Counted from the first letter of the stretch, positions 49,346-59,844 are shown. The stretch is 64,000 nucleotides of DNA from an uncultured bacterium (GCA_965371515.1 CBDUYR010000009.1:1-64000), one strand, 5' to 3'. Notes: generated by a model from the letters alone, not told the origin. A program made the numbers and translations.

Positions 49346-52300
49346 TCAACGGTCGATCTTGAACTTGTCGTGCTTCGGCCAGGGCTTCGGGTCCTCCTTT
49401 ATATTCTTCATCAGGACCTCTATCCCCTTGAGCAGCTGAGCGTCTTCACCCCTCGACATCTCTACCGGATCGAGATCGATCTCGATATCGGGGGTTACCC
49501 CCTCGTTTTCTACGATCCAGCGGCCATCGGGATCGTAGATCCTGTAGTCGGGAGCGGACATCCCGCCGCCGTCGATCAGGCCGATCCACATCGAGACGCC
49601 TACCAGCCCGCCCCATGTCCTCGTGCCGATGACCGGCCCCATCTTCATCATCTGGAACTCCATCGGGAGCATGTCGCCACCCGAGCCGGCCTGGCGGTTG
49701 GTCAGGCATACGAGATGGGCGTTTGTAACGATCGCCGGGTCAGTCTGGTCGTGAGAGTACCTGCGGGTCCAGTATGCGAGGATTTCCCTGTTGAGTCGCT
49801 GGAGGAAGATCGCGGGATCCAGGCCTCCGCCGTTGAATCGACCATCGACTATGATCCCCTTCTTGCGTGTCTGCGTGTAGAAGAGCTTGGGAAACTCGGT
49901 CGCGGAGCCGAGATATGTGTCGGGCATATGCAGGTAACCGATCTTACCTCCCGATTTCTCGTCGACGAGCTGCCTGTTGTGCTCGACCCAGGCGTGATAC
50001 CTCATCCAGTATCCGTTCCTCGCCGGTTTGATCGTGTATTCCCTCGCCCCCTTCTTCGTCGGCTTCTCGTTCACGAGGATCGTCACCTGCTTGCCGGCGA
50101 GGTCCTCGAAGTAGCTGTATATGTTCCTGCCGGCAGTGACGTCGACGCCGTTGACCTCGAGCAGGTAGTCACCCTCGGCAACATTCACGCCGGGCCTCGA
50201 CAGCGGAGGAACGATACCGCGCGACCAGTCGGGAACATCGAGGATCTTTTCGAACCGGTACATGCCCGCTTTTTCGTCCAGTGCCCAGTCGACACCGAGC
50301 AGCCCGACGCTGACGCGGTCGGAGTTGCGGCGGTTGTCGCCGCCGAAGACGTAGGTGTGCGATGTGCTCAGTTCACCGATCAGCTCGCCTATGATGAACC
50401 GTACATCCTGCCGACATGTCGCGCGGTCGATCAGCCTCCCGTACTTCTCACCCATCTCGTCCCAGTCGAGGCCCTGCATCGCCGGCTCGTAGTAGAAGTC
50501 GCGCTCCATCCTCCAAGCTTCGGCGAATATCTGCTTCCACTCGGACAGCGGGTCCAATTTCATCTTCAGGCCCGAAGTGCTGATCTTGTTGCCCTTCGAG
50601 TCTTTGGCGGACGACTTGATGATGCCGAGCCCGTGGTGCATGCCGCGGCGCTTCGTGTAGACGATGCTCTTACCGTCTGCCGAAAGGGCATATCTGCCTA
50701 TACTGGAGATAACCTTTTCTTCCTCTCTGTCCTCGAAGGAAAAGCGGTAGAGATCCATCGCGCCGATAGCGCGGAACTCGAACCTGTTGAAATCGCCCTC
50801 GTCCTTATTGAGATAAAAGAGCGACCCGTCCGCGGCGGTCAGATGCCTGTAGTTCGCTCTGGGGACCGGAAGGGCCTCGATACGGCCGGCTAGCCCTTCG
50901 AAATCGATCTTCACCGGCTTCTCGTCGTCGCCGTTTTTCTTGTCTTTTTTGTTCTTACTATCCTTCTTGTCATTCTTGTTATCTTCTTCCCCGTTCTCGT
51001 CAGCCTGCTCCTCGTCGCTGCGCGGGGGCAGCAGCGCCTCGCCGTCGGCGCTGAGAGTGACGGCATATATACCGGCGACCTTTTTATATACCATCTCCCA
51101 CTCGAAATCGCAGAATGTCGGGCTGAACCTGCGGTTGGAGATAAAGAAGAGATGCTTCCCGTCCTTGGAGAAAACTGGGTTGAAGTCGTTGAACAGTCCG
51201 TTGCTCACCCTCTCGCTCTTACCCGTCTCGAGCGAATGGATATGGACCTGGGTGACCTGGTCGGCATTCATCTTCGAATAGGCTATCCAGCGGCTGTCGG
51301 GCGACCATGAGAAATCGTAGATCGGCTTGAGTTCGAGGGCCACGTCGATATTCTCGAACTCGGCCCTGTCAACTTCGGACTTCTTCCCCGAATCGACATC
51401 GATCCACCAGCACCGCAGGGTCTGGTCGGCGTATGCCAGTTTTTTGCTGTCGGGCGACCAGCGCAGCGTGTGCCTGTAGCCATCCTTGTGACTCGTAAGT
51501 TTCTTCGCCTCACCGTCCGGGCCGGTACCCCGGACCCAGATCTCGTACTCGCCGCTCGCGTCGGAGAAATATGCGATCTTCGAGCCGTCGGGGGACCATA
51601 CGGCGTCCTTCTCCCTCGAACCGCTGCTGCTGGTCAGGTTACGTGTAGGTCCGTGCTCGAGCGGCACGGTGAAGACCTCGCCCCTTGCCGAGACGAGAGC
51701 TCTCTTCCCCGAAGGTGATATATCGATATCGGTGATCAGCCGGTTGACTTTCCTCAGGTAGGGCCTCAGCTCGGGGGCATCGCTGCTGACCCTGATATCG
51801 ACCTTCGCCGTCTTTCCCGAATCGATATCGAGCATCCAGATATCGCCTCCGAGTTCGTAGACGATCCTGCCGGTTTCCTCGCTCGGGCGCCTGACATCGT
51901 ACTTCGTATGATCGGTCAACTGTTCCACAGCCCCTGTCTCCGGATCGAGACGCCAGATATTGAGGACCCGGCTGCGGTCCGAGCTGAAATATATCTTGTC
52001 GCCGATCCACATCGGTATGCGATCGGTCCCCTCGAAGTCTGTTACCTTCGAATCGGCCATCTTCTCGAAATCGAATATGTAGATCTCCTGAGCGGTGCCG
52101 CCCTTGTAGCGTTTCCACGTCCTGTTCTCACGCGATATGCGGTTATAGGCGATCTTCTTTCCATCGGGAGAGAAGCTTCCCCGTACCGCCTCGTGCATGA
52201 TCAGCTCCTCGAGGCCAGTGCCGTCGGGATTGACCATGTAGAGCCTTGAAAAACGACTGAACGACCGCCTGGCGGAATTGAATATGATCTTGCCGTTGAC

Positions 52301-52714
52301 CGGGTGCCAGCCTACGACCTCGTCATAAGCCGGATGCCACGTCACCCTTGTGATCCCGCCGCCGTGGGCGTTCATCACGTAGACGTCGGCGTTGCCGTCA
52401 TAATCGCCGGTAAAGGCGATCATGCCGCCGTCGGGGGAGAACTTCGGATAACGTTCCGCCCCGTCATGTATCGTGAGCCTGACAGCCTCTCCGCCCGAGG
52501 TGCGTGCGGTCCAGATATCCTCGCCGCTGACAAAGACGATCGTGTTTTCATGGATGTCGGGAAAACGCAGGAGCGCCTCGCCCGGGCTGCCCGTGATGGG
52601 AGCTGCGGCAGTACCGGCCGCCGGCCAGGCAATCGCGGCGATCAGCAGAACGGCCGCGGCAAATACGTACGCGGTCTTCGGATCGATAAAAGTGATGCGG
52701 GGACGTGAAAGCAT
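49346..52714 (-). CDS. Tricorn protease homolog (S41B)
   Basis: Signal peptide; PD40 propeller repeats (FSPDG, WSPD); PDZ; DGRFNGGG, AGSGGD and GTRTWGG motifs. Confidence 0.93.
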   Translation of the reverse strand: MLSRPRITFIDPKTAYVFAAAVLLIAAIAWPAAGTAAAPITGSPGEALLRFPDIHENTIVFVSGEDIWTARTSGGEAVRLTIHDGAERYPKFSPDGGMIAFTGDYDGNADVYVMNAHGGGITRVTWHPAYDEVVGWHPVNGKIIFNSARRSFSRFSRLYMVNPDGTGLEELIMHEAVRGSFSPDGKKIAYNRISRENRTWKRYKGGTAQEIYIFDFEKMADSKVTDFEGTDRIPMWIGDKIYFSSDRSRVLNIWRLDPETGAVEQLTDHTKYDVRRPSEETGRIVYELGGDIWMLDIDSGKTAKVDIRVSSDAPELRPYLRKVNRLITDIDISPSGKRALVSARGEVFTVPLEHGPTRNLTSSSGSREKDAVWSPDGSKIAYFSDASGEYEIWVRGTGPDGEAKKLTSHKDGYRHTLRWSPDSKKLAYADQTLRCWWIDVDSGKKSEVDRAEFENIDVALELKPIYDFSWSPDSRWIAYSKMNADQVTQVHIHSLETGKSERVSNGLFNDFNPVFSKDGKHLFFISNRRFSPTFCDFEWEMVYKKVAGIYAVTLSADGEALLPPRSDEEQADENGEEDNKNDKKDSKNKKDKKNGDDEKPVKIDFEGLAGRIEALPVPRANYRHLTAADGSLFYLNKDEGDFNRFEFRAIGAMDLYRFSFEDREEEKVISSIGRYALSADGKSIVYTKRRGMHHGLGIIKSSAKDSKGNKISTSGLKMKLDPLSEWKQIFAEAWRMERDFYYEPAMQGLDWDEMGEKYGRLIDRATCRQDVRFIIGELIGELSTSHTYVFGGDNRRNSDRVSVGLLGVDWALDEKAGMYRFEKILDVPDWSRGIVPPLSRPGVNVAEGDYLLEVNGVDVTAGRNIYSYFEDLAGKQVTILVNEKPTKKGAREYTIKPARNGYWMRYHAWVEHNRQLVDEKSGGKIGYLHMPDTYLGSATEFPKLFYTQTRKKGIIVDGRFNGGGLDPAIFLQRLNREILAYWTRRYSHDQTDPAIVTNAHLVCLTNRQAGSGGDMLPMEFQMMKMGPVIGTRTWGGLVGVSMWIGLIDGGGMSAPDYRIYDPDGRWIVENEGVTPDIEIDLDPVEMSRGEDAQLLKGIEVLMKNIKEDPKPWPKHDKFKIDR

Positions 52715-52906
52715 CGTGCTCTCCCTCTGTTGAAAAATGATGTAACGGATTCGCGGTTCCAGAAAACCGCCCCGCCACGATAGCAGAAACACCTCGATGC
52801 GGCAAGTGAGCGTGAGGCCCGCGCCGTCAGAAAGGATTTGATATATATACGGGTCAGGGGATATTCTGTTCCCGGAAGTCATTGTTTACGGTCCGGTCAG
52901 GTGAAT

Positions 52907-53299
52907 ATGATCAAGAAGAACAGCGATCCTCTCCACATCTTTCTTGTGAGTCTCAGCACCCACAGGGGAGTCATCCCTCCTTTTGCGCTCGAGCTCGTGC
53001 TGATCGACGGCATGTACTACTACATACACTCGGTCGAGGAGGCGGGAGAAGATTCAGTCTCGATAGCCATCCGTATCTGGGACACGAGGAACCTCGACGA
53101 CGAGGAACTGGGCCGGCTGAGGAAGGAAGTGGCGGGGCTGGACGACCCGGCGAGACTGGCCGACCCGAAAAGCCTCCATCCGTCACTGGACTGGGGCATC
53201 CTCAGGATCGACTTCGACCATATCTCCTACTGCATCGAGTGGCACCACAAGCTGTGGCCTGTCGCGGGCAAAAAGGCCATGCACAACCGCCTGCACTGA
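52907..53299 (+). CDS. Hypothetical protein
   Basis: ORF with typical codon pattern filling the gap between divergent genes; no family recognised. Confidence 0.6.
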   Translation: MIKKNSDPLHIFLVSLSTHRGVIPPFALELVLIDGMYYYIHSVEEAGEDSVSIAIRIWDTRNLDDEELGRLRKEVAGLDDPARLADPKSLHPSLDWGILRIDFDHISYCIEWHHKLWPVAGKKAMHNRLH

Positions 53300-53456
53300 T
53301 ATAACACCGTTTTGCGCCCCCTGTGCCCGGGAACAGGGCAGGAACGGATCCATCATTTTCCGTTTAAATCCCTCGTATCTTCCTGTATAATAAAAATGTC
53401 CGCCAGCGCCATACTGAAGCGGGCATGGGGAACCTTCCTTCAACAGGAGAATAAAG

Positions 53457-54410
53457 ATGAGATATTTGTTCGCTGTTATCACAGTGGGCCTTGTGCTGTC
53501 CTTTATGGTCGAGCCGGCGGCGGCGGACGAGGGAATCCCCGCGGCCATCCTCCTCTCCTGCTCGGGCAAGGTTACCGTAGTGAGAAGTGACGGCAAAACA
53601 GTGCCCGGGAGTTTCGGCCTGCAATTGTACGCCGGCGATGAAGTGAAGACCTCCGCGGCTTCGCAAGCGGAGATCCACCTGGAAAGCGGCATGTGGCTCC
53701 AGGTGGGCCCCAGCAGCAGCATGAAGATCCAGGGCGCAAGGACGATGGACCAGTCGTCGGGCGTCCAGGTCGGAGACAAGAGCTTCAAGGTCGTCCAGAA
53801 CATGATGCGCCTGAAGGACCCCAAGGGTACCAGTTCGCTCGCGGCGCTCAGGTCCTCCCCCGGCAAACCGGAGATAGCGCTCATATCACCCTGCCAGACC
53901 AGGGTACTCACGGCGAAACCGACATTCGAATGGGAATCAAGCGGTCTCGATGAGGCATTGCTCCTCACTGTCTACAACGAGAAAGGCGTCCACTACGAGA
54001 CGAAGATACCGGGCGGCTCGAGCTACGACTATCCTTCCGGCGCCCCCGCGATCTCACCGGGCATATCATATTCCTGGACCGTCGAGACGACCGATCCGCT
54101 GCGGGTCCCTCCCCTCCACAGCACCACCGCATTCTTCGAGGTAATATCGGAGGACGATGCCGGGAAACTCGACGGGTCGCTCGGGATGATCGATCCGGAA
54201 GAGATCCCCAACAGCTCCACATATCACTTCCTGAGGGCAAGCGTCTACTTCGACCACGGGCTCCTCGAGAACGCCATCAGCGAGATGGAGCGAGCCATGG
54301 AGGGAGACGCAGGTACTAAGGAGATGCATTCGATCCTCGCAAGGCTCTACGCCGAGGCGGGACGGACCGGGGAAGCAATGTCCGAATACGACCGCATCTT
54401 CGAGAAATAG
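53457..54410 (+). CDS. Secreted protein with FecR-like N-terminus, DUF928-like middle and C-terminal TPR
   Basis: Signal peptide; LYAGDEVKT...QVGPSS (FecR-like); KPTFEW and PGISYSWTV (DUF928-like, from memory); terminal TPR. Confidence 0.65.
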   Translation: MRYLFAVITVGLVLSFMVEPAAADEGIPAAILLSCSGKVTVVRSDGKTVPGSFGLQLYAGDEVKTSAASQAEIHLESGMWLQVGPSSSMKIQGARTMDQSSGVQVGDKSFKVVQNMMRLKDPKGTSSLAALRSSPGKPEIALISPCQTRVLTAKPTFEWESSGLDEALLLTVYNEKGVHYETKIPGGSSYDYPSGAPAISPGISYSWTVETTDPLRVPPLHSTTAFFEVISEDDAGKLDGSLGMIDPEEIPNSSTYHFLRASVYFDHGLLENAISEMERAMEGDAGTKEMHSILARLYAEAGRTGEAMSEYDRIFEK

Positions 54411-54465
54411 CTACACCCGCAGATCTGCATCGACGGGCTACCGAAGATATTATCGAAAGGACCGC

Positions 54466-55980
54466 GTGGACAGTATCGCCGGATTCGAGATCGTCAGACC
54501 CATCGGCAAGGGGGGCATGGGCATTGTCTATCTCGCCCGGGATGAGACGCTGCAGCGAGACCTCGCCATAAAAGTCCTCAGGAAGGAACTCATCGGATCC
54601 GAGGGATCGGAAAGGTTCATCAGGGAAGCGAGGGCCTGCTCGAGAATCAACCATCCCAACATCGTCACCGTTTATTCGGCCGGCAAGCACGATGGCGATC
54701 TGTACATCGCGATGGAGCTCCTGGAGGGCCGTACCCTGCGAGAGACGATCAAGGCGGAGGAAAAGATCGAATGGCGGAAGGCGGTTGCCTGGACGGTCTC
54801 GCTCCTCTCGGCACTCCAGCGGCTTCACGACGAGGGGATCATCCACCGCGACCTCAAGCCCGAAAACATCATGATCAGCTCCCAAGGCGGCGTAAAGCTC
54901 ATGGACTTCGGCATCGCCCACGTCGATTCGGAGAACAGGATCACCATCGACACCTCGATGCTTGGAACGGCCCAGTACATGTCGCCTGAGCAGACAACGG
55001 GGATGAAAACCAGCGCGAGGAGCGACATCTTCTCACTGGGAACGATCCTGTACGAAATGCTGTCGGGAGAGCTTCCCTTCGACGCTCCCCATCCGATGGC
55101 GGTCCTCTACAGCATCGCCAACGAGAAGCAGAGACCCCTCGACGAACTCGTCGACGATCTGCCGGACGGGCTCCCGGCCATCATCGACAGGGCCCTCGAG
55201 AAGGATTCTGAAGCGAGGTTCGAGAGCGCCGGCGCATTCTCGGAAGAGCTCGCCTCGCTGGCGGGATTATCCGGCGGAGGGGCTTACGGAGCATGGAAAC
55301 GGGCGCCTCTGTGGCGCAGGATCGCCGTACCGACAGCGACCCTCGCAGTTGCGGCCGCTCTCATCGCCTGGGCTTTCACGCGAGGTCCGGAGAAAGGCGA
55401 CAGGACAAAGGCAGAGAACCACACCCACCTGGGCCAGCAATACGAGGAAGAGAATAACAAGCCCGGTGCACAGGTGGAGTACCGTAACGCGATCATAGCC
55501 GATCCGAGCTGGGAGGTCCCGTGGAACAATCTCGCCATGATCGAACTCAGCGAAAATGACTATGAGGAGGCCGATTCCCTCCTCGGCGAGGCCTTGGAGA
55601 GGAACTCGAAATACGCGGGAGCGCTATACAACATGTCCGCTGTCTACTGGGACAAATCGGATCTCGAAAGCGCCGAAAGCTTCCTGCGCAGGGCTATCGA
55701 CGCCGAAACCCTGTTCATGCCCGCATACAACAACCTCGGGAAACTCCTGATCACCACCGATCGGCCCGCTGAAGCCGCCGCCATACTTGATAACGCCCTC
55801 TCGAAGATCGACTCGACGACTTATCCCGACGAAGTGAAAGCGTGCCTTCTCAAAAACAGGGGGATAGCCGCCGCGGAGATGGACGACGCGAGCGCCGAGA
55901 CCTGGTGGCGGAAATCTCTCGAGATAATGCCCGACAATGATGAAACCAGAAGGCTGCTCGAGAGCGTCGACGCTCTATAG
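54466..55980 (+). CDS. Membrane Ser/Thr protein kinase with C-terminal TPRs
   Basis: GKGGMGIVY, LAIK, HRDLKPEN, MDFG and YMSPEQ motifs; TM segment; TPRs. Confidence 0.92.
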   Translation: MDSIAGFEIVRPIGKGGMGIVYLARDETLQRDLAIKVLRKELIGSEGSERFIREARACSRINHPNIVTVYSAGKHDGDLYIAMELLEGRTLRETIKAEEKIEWRKAVAWTVSLLSALQRLHDEGIIHRDLKPENIMISSQGGVKLMDFGIAHVDSENRITIDTSMLGTAQYMSPEQTTGMKTSARSDIFSLGTILYEMLSGELPFDAPHPMAVLYSIANEKQRPLDELVDDLPDGLPAIIDRALEKDSEARFESAGAFSEELASLAGLSGGGAYGAWKRAPLWRRIAVPTATLAVAAALIAWAFTRGPEKGDRTKAENHTHLGQQYEEENNKPGAQVEYRNAIIADPSWEVPWNNLAMIELSENDYEEADSLLGEALERNSKYAGALYNMSAVYWDKSDLESAESFLRRAIDAETLFMPAYNNLGKLLITTDRPAEAAAILDNALSKIDSTTYPDEVKACLLKNRGIAAAEMDDASAETWWRKSLEIMPDNDETRRLLESVDAL

Positions 55981-56012
55981 GCAAAATCCACTGCAAGATC
56001 ATGAATGGAAAG

Positions 56013-57239
56013 TCATAAATCGCGGATTCGATCCGTGATAACGGACAGCATAGCATCGAGCCTGTCGGGGTAATTCTCCTTCGAAATACTGCGCTCGGCC
56101 CACCGGCGGGCGTTTCCGCCGAGCCTTTCGGCCTCTTCGCCGTTTCGAAGCAGTGAGATCACCGCCTTCGCCATCGCCGCCGCGTCCGCCGCCTCGAGGT
56201 AGTTGCTGCCGGACTCGAGGCCCATCCCTGCGACCCCGGCCGGAGTGCTGACGACCGCAGTGCCCATCGCCGCCGCCTCCATCATCCTGATGCGTACGCC
56301 TCCACTGAACCTCAGCGGAAGGACCATCAGGGAACAGCGCCCCAGATATGGAACGATGTCCTCTACACCGCCGGTAAATTCGACGCTCTCTCCCGCCTCC
56401 CCCCTCAGCCTTTCGTCCGCCCCGTGCCCCACAACCTCGAGCACCGCTTCGGGGATCTCCCGGCGAATCGATGGAAATACATCAGAGACAAAGTGACGAA
56501 GCGCGTCCCTGTTGAAATCTGAATGGAACGATCCGAGAAACAGGATCCTGTTCTTCTCCCTCTCGAATACCCCGGGAGTGAATACGGAAAGATCGAGCGC
56601 CAGCGGAAGCGGCAGGATGGTCTTCCCCTCGCATGCGGGGATACATTGCAGCGCTTCGGTGTCCGAGGCGGTCACCGTGAGTATCGTGTCAAATCTTCGA
56701 TATGCCTTCATCTCGAATATCTCCAGCCTGGCGGCCTTCTTTTCGGCTTTTACCCGTCCGGGACCGGTGCGTGTCAGATCGAGCCTGTCGCGGTTTACGA
56801 AATGGTCGATATCATGTGTAACGAGAGCCAGTCTTGTATCCCTTACGAATTCGGGCAGCCTGTACATGTGCCAGTACGACGCCAGAACGAGATCGGCCGC
56901 TTCCCGGGAGGCGGTATCGGCGATCAGGCGGAGGAACTCCGCGGGCGCGCTGTAGCTCACGTCCTGAGGTATATCAAACACTAAATCTGAGATCACGTTG
57001 CGTACCTTGTGGAGCAGCTTTCCCGATGCTCCGCGCCTGTGGGGAGCAAGCATAGCCCTGACCTTCATCCCGGGCTTTTCGAGCTCATTCAATTTTTCCA
57101 GCTCGACTTTCGAGAGGGTCATGGTGACGAGCGTTACCTCATGGCGTTCCGACAGGCCTTCGATGAGATTGACGATGAGCCTGCCCGTCCCGCGCGTGAC
57201 GGGCCATGGAGTGTACGGTACTGTGACGACGATCTTCAT
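56013..57239 (-). CDS. Glycosyltransferase family 4
   Basis: ILFLGSF...N, LPLRFSGGVRIRMMEAAAMG and VVST..G motifs. Confidence 0.88.
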   Translation of the reverse strand: MKIVVTVPYTPWPVTRGTGRLIVNLIEGLSERHEVTLVTMTLSKVELEKLNELEKPGMKVRAMLAPHRRGASGKLLHKVRNVISDLVFDIPQDVSYSAPAEFLRLIADTASREAADLVLASYWHMYRLPEFVRDTRLALVTHDIDHFVNRDRLDLTRTGPGRVKAEKKAARLEIFEMKAYRRFDTILTVTASDTEALQCIPACEGKTILPLPLALDLSVFTPGVFEREKNRILFLGSFHSDFNRDALRHFVSDVFPSIRREIPEAVLEVVGHGADERLRGEAGESVEFTGGVEDIVPYLGRCSLMVLPLRFSGGVRIRMMEAAAMGTAVVSTPAGVAGMGLESGSNYLEAADAAAMAKAVISLLRNGEEAERLGGNARRWAERSISKENYPDRLDAMLSVITDRIRDL

Positions 57240-57258
57240 ATCGGCGGGATTATATCAG

Positions 57259-57291
57259 AAAACCCGCCCGAGTCCAGAGGATCCGGGCGGG
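57259..57291 (-). terminator. Possible terminator after the M20 peptidase gene
   Basis: CCCGCCCG...CGGGCGGG hairpin with a short T-run on the minus strand. Confidence 0.45.
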
Positions 57292-57301
57292 CCTGTAGAT
57301 G

Positions 57302-58378
57302 CTACTCCGCGCAGAGCCGCATGATCTCGACGATCATCTTCAGCGCCTTTTCCATGTCGGCGACATGGATGTGCTCTTCTGTCGAATGCTCGAGCCGGGC
57401 CCCGATGCCCACTACGGCGACCTCGATCCCCTTGTTGTTGTAGATCGAGGCATCGGTGAAACCGGTTATGAACGTAGTCTCAGCGTCTATCCCGACCGTC
57501 TTCAGCGCCTTCTTCGAGATCTCCACAGATATTGAATCTTCGGGGATGTCGACGGCCCTGCAGAGATTGTCCACCTTGATCTCGACTGAAGCTCCGAAGC
57601 CCTCCACCTCCGATTTTATCGTCTCGACCATCTTGTCGGCCAAAGCCTGTCCCTTCTCGTGATCCAGGCTTCTGCATTCGGCCAGGAAGCTCGCCGCGTC
57701 GGGGACACCGTTACGGATCAGACCGCCCTTGATCACGCCGACGTTGGCTGTCGTGTCGGCAGCGAGCCGGCCGAGCTCGAGGGCGGAAATCGCCCTGGCA
57801 GCAGCCTGGATAGCGTTTATCCCCTTCTCAGGCTCCATCCCCGCGTGGGCGGACCGGCCCTTTATGTCGACGTCTATGGCAAAATACGAAGGCCCCCCGA
57901 TCACTATCGTGTCGAGCGTGTCGTTATCGAGCAGGAATCCTATCTTTGCGGTGATACGGCCGAAGTCCATGTTCTTCACACCGAGCAGGCCGACCTCTTC
58001 CTGGCGGCTGATCGCCACCTCGACCGGCGGATGAACTTCGGCGATCCTCAACGCTTCCAGCATCTCGGCAATGCCGGCCTTGTCGTCGGCGCCGAGGATC
58101 GTATCGCCCTCGGAGCGGATCACTCCGTCCTTCAGGACAGGCTTGATCCCCTGCCCAGGCATGACCGTGTCGGCATGGCATGACAGAAGGATGGGATCCT
58201 TCCCGGAGCATCCCTTTTCGGGGAATCTCGCCACGAGGTTTCCGTAGCTGTCTATTACGGAATCGGCGCCCATCTCCGAAAAAGTCTTGTGAAGATATTC
58301 TATCATCGTCGCTTCATTGCCCGATTCGCTGTCGATCCGGACCATCTCCATGAACTGCTCGATCATTCTCTCCGACAT
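57302..58378 (-). CDS. M20 family peptidase (peptidase T-like)
   Basis: HADTV.PG, LGADDKAG, EEVGL, AHAG..PEKG and HSTEE motifs. Confidence 0.9.
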   Translation of the reverse strand: MSERMIEQFMEMVRIDSESGNEATMIEYLHKTFSEMGADSVIDSYGNLVARFPEKGCSGKDPILLSCHADTVMPGQGIKPVLKDGVIRSEGDTILGADDKAGIAEMLEALRIAEVHPPVEVAISRQEEVGLLGVKNMDFGRITAKIGFLLDNDTLDTIVIGGPSYFAIDVDIKGRSAHAGMEPEKGINAIQAAARAISALELGRLAADTTANVGVIKGGLIRNGVPDAASFLAECRSLDHEKGQALADKMVETIKSEVEGFGASVEIKVDNLCRAVDIPEDSISVEISKKALKTVGIDAETTFITGFTDASIYNNKGIEVAVVGIGARLEHSTEEHIHVADMEKALKMIVEIMRLCAE

Positions 58379-58517
58379 TCAAGTCCCTCCAGTGGTTTGC
58401 AGGTTTCGAGCGAGAGCTTTCACTCCTCGACTCAGTCCCAGCATGCAAGGATGTCTCCCGATGTGTTCATTTGTTCCCCACAACGTGGGCATGGGGTTTG
58501 CCCAGGTTCATGCATAG

Positions 58518-58916
58518 TCAGACCTCGTTGTCTTGTAACCCAAGCCACTCCCGAGCTTCTCCGACAGTTCTGAAGACCTCAACTGTTAATGGTGACTCCT
58601 GTAGCTCAGCGAGCGATTGGTACATCCTCGCAAATCCAAACAGCAAGTCGGTACTTGCAACTATCGCCGTTCGCATCCCAGCCAGTTTCTCGCTATGGGC
58701 ACGATCTATTCGGATATTGGTCTCGAGCGAACTTGACGAGCCCTGGATATCCTCAATGCCGGCCAGATCAACTAATTCCCGCGCTCCAGGTTTGATCCGG
58801 GGGTCTGCTGCAACAGCTTCCGCCTGATCCCTGAGGTCTTTGTCAATCACTACCCCGAAGAAACGCGTGTAAAGGATATTATGTTCTTCATCGTATGTAT
58901 ACTCGACCGACATCAC
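58518..58916 (-). CDS. Hypothetical protein (SpoIIAA/STAS-like), cassette-like gene
   Basis: RTAIVAS...FGFARMY...VFRT..EAREWL; starts 15 bp after the attC core. Confidence 0.7.
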   Translation of the reverse strand: MMSVEYTYDEEHNILYTRFFGVVIDKDLRDQAEAVAADPRIKPGARELVDLAGIEDIQGSSSSLETNIRIDRAHSEKLAGMRTAIVASTDLLFGFARMYQSLAELQESPLTVEVFRTVGEAREWLGLQDNEV

Positions 58917-58930
58917 TCACCTCTTAGTGT

Positions 58931-59029
58931 ATCTACCGTCAGTTTCACCCGCAAAGCCTGAATGGCGCTCTCTGTCTCCTTGCACAGAGCGTGACAGATG
59001 GCTTTGTCAGGTGCAAGCGCTTGTTATCT
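58931..59029 (-). mobile_element. Integron attC site (slightly degenerate)
   Basis: Minus strand reads AGATAAC-AAGCGC-TTGCACCTG-ACAAAGCC...CGCTCT...AGAGCG...GGCTTTG-CGGGTGAA-ACTGAC-GGTAGAT. This gives R'', L'' with an extra base, a paired centre, L' and R' (GGT instead of GTT). Confidence 0.75.
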
Positions 59030-59032
59030 TTC

Positions 59033-59536
59033 TCACTCCCCCTCAACCAACTTACCCCGTGCTCGAAAATACTCCAAAAACACATTGGACTCGCAAGGAT
59101 TAGCCGACTGAACAGAATCCGGCAATTGCTCATAGACAAGCCGTAGATTACTATCGCCGGATAATATCAACGAATCGTATAGCACAAACCCGTCGTACAG
59201 TTTAGATGACGCCCGCGATGAGAAGTGACCTTCAAAAACGAGTTCGCCGGATATCTCCAAGCGAAACATTTGCCCAGTCAATTCACTCAGCATCGGAATC
59301 TCTCTGTCGCCGACAATCTTGCTATGCTCCCACTTTGACCAACGCAGGGACCCCTCTGCAGTAAGTGTAAGCCCGCCGGTCGCTGGGTTGTATTCGTTGA
59401 TGTCGCTACCAGCGAGAATAGTATCTCCACCGGCGAGAATGAGCAATTCACCGGACCATGCGCTTACGCTACACCCGACAACCGCCACCACGAGAATAAT
59501 TGCCAAGAAAACTGGTGCCCCGTGAAGACCTCTCAT
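59033..59536 (-). CDS. Hypothetical exported protein, integron cassette gene
   Basis: AAGGAG RBS and hydrophobic N-terminus; the stop lies 3 bp before the attC R'' box; composition is visibly more AT-rich than the flanks. Confidence 0.65.
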   Translation of the reverse strand: MRGLHGAPVFLAIILVVAVVGCSVSAWSGELLILAGGDTILAGSDINEYNPATGGLTLTAEGSLRWSKWEHSKIVGDREIPMLSELTGQMFRLEISGELVFEGHFSSRASSKLYDGFVLYDSLILSGDSNLRLVYEQLPDSVQSANPCESNVFLEYFRARGKLVEGE

Positions 59537-59844
59537 TGCCACACTCCTTAGGCTACCGCCACCAATGACCCATGGTGTATCTGCTACGTCTCCCTGCCCC
59601 GCTACATTCTGCAAAGATAACGGTAATGTATCTTGAACTAGCATATTGGATATCACTGCGAGCCTGACGATGTATCCAATATCGTGTTATGAGTTTATAT
59701 CCTGTATCCCCTATAAATCAACAGGATATGCATCCCCCCCCAATACTTCATTGTAATAGACTGCGAGCTGCTGCTTCGCATCTGGAAATGTGCCAGAAAA
59801 CCGACTCGAACAATATGTGGCTCTCTTACTTGCAGTATTAAATA

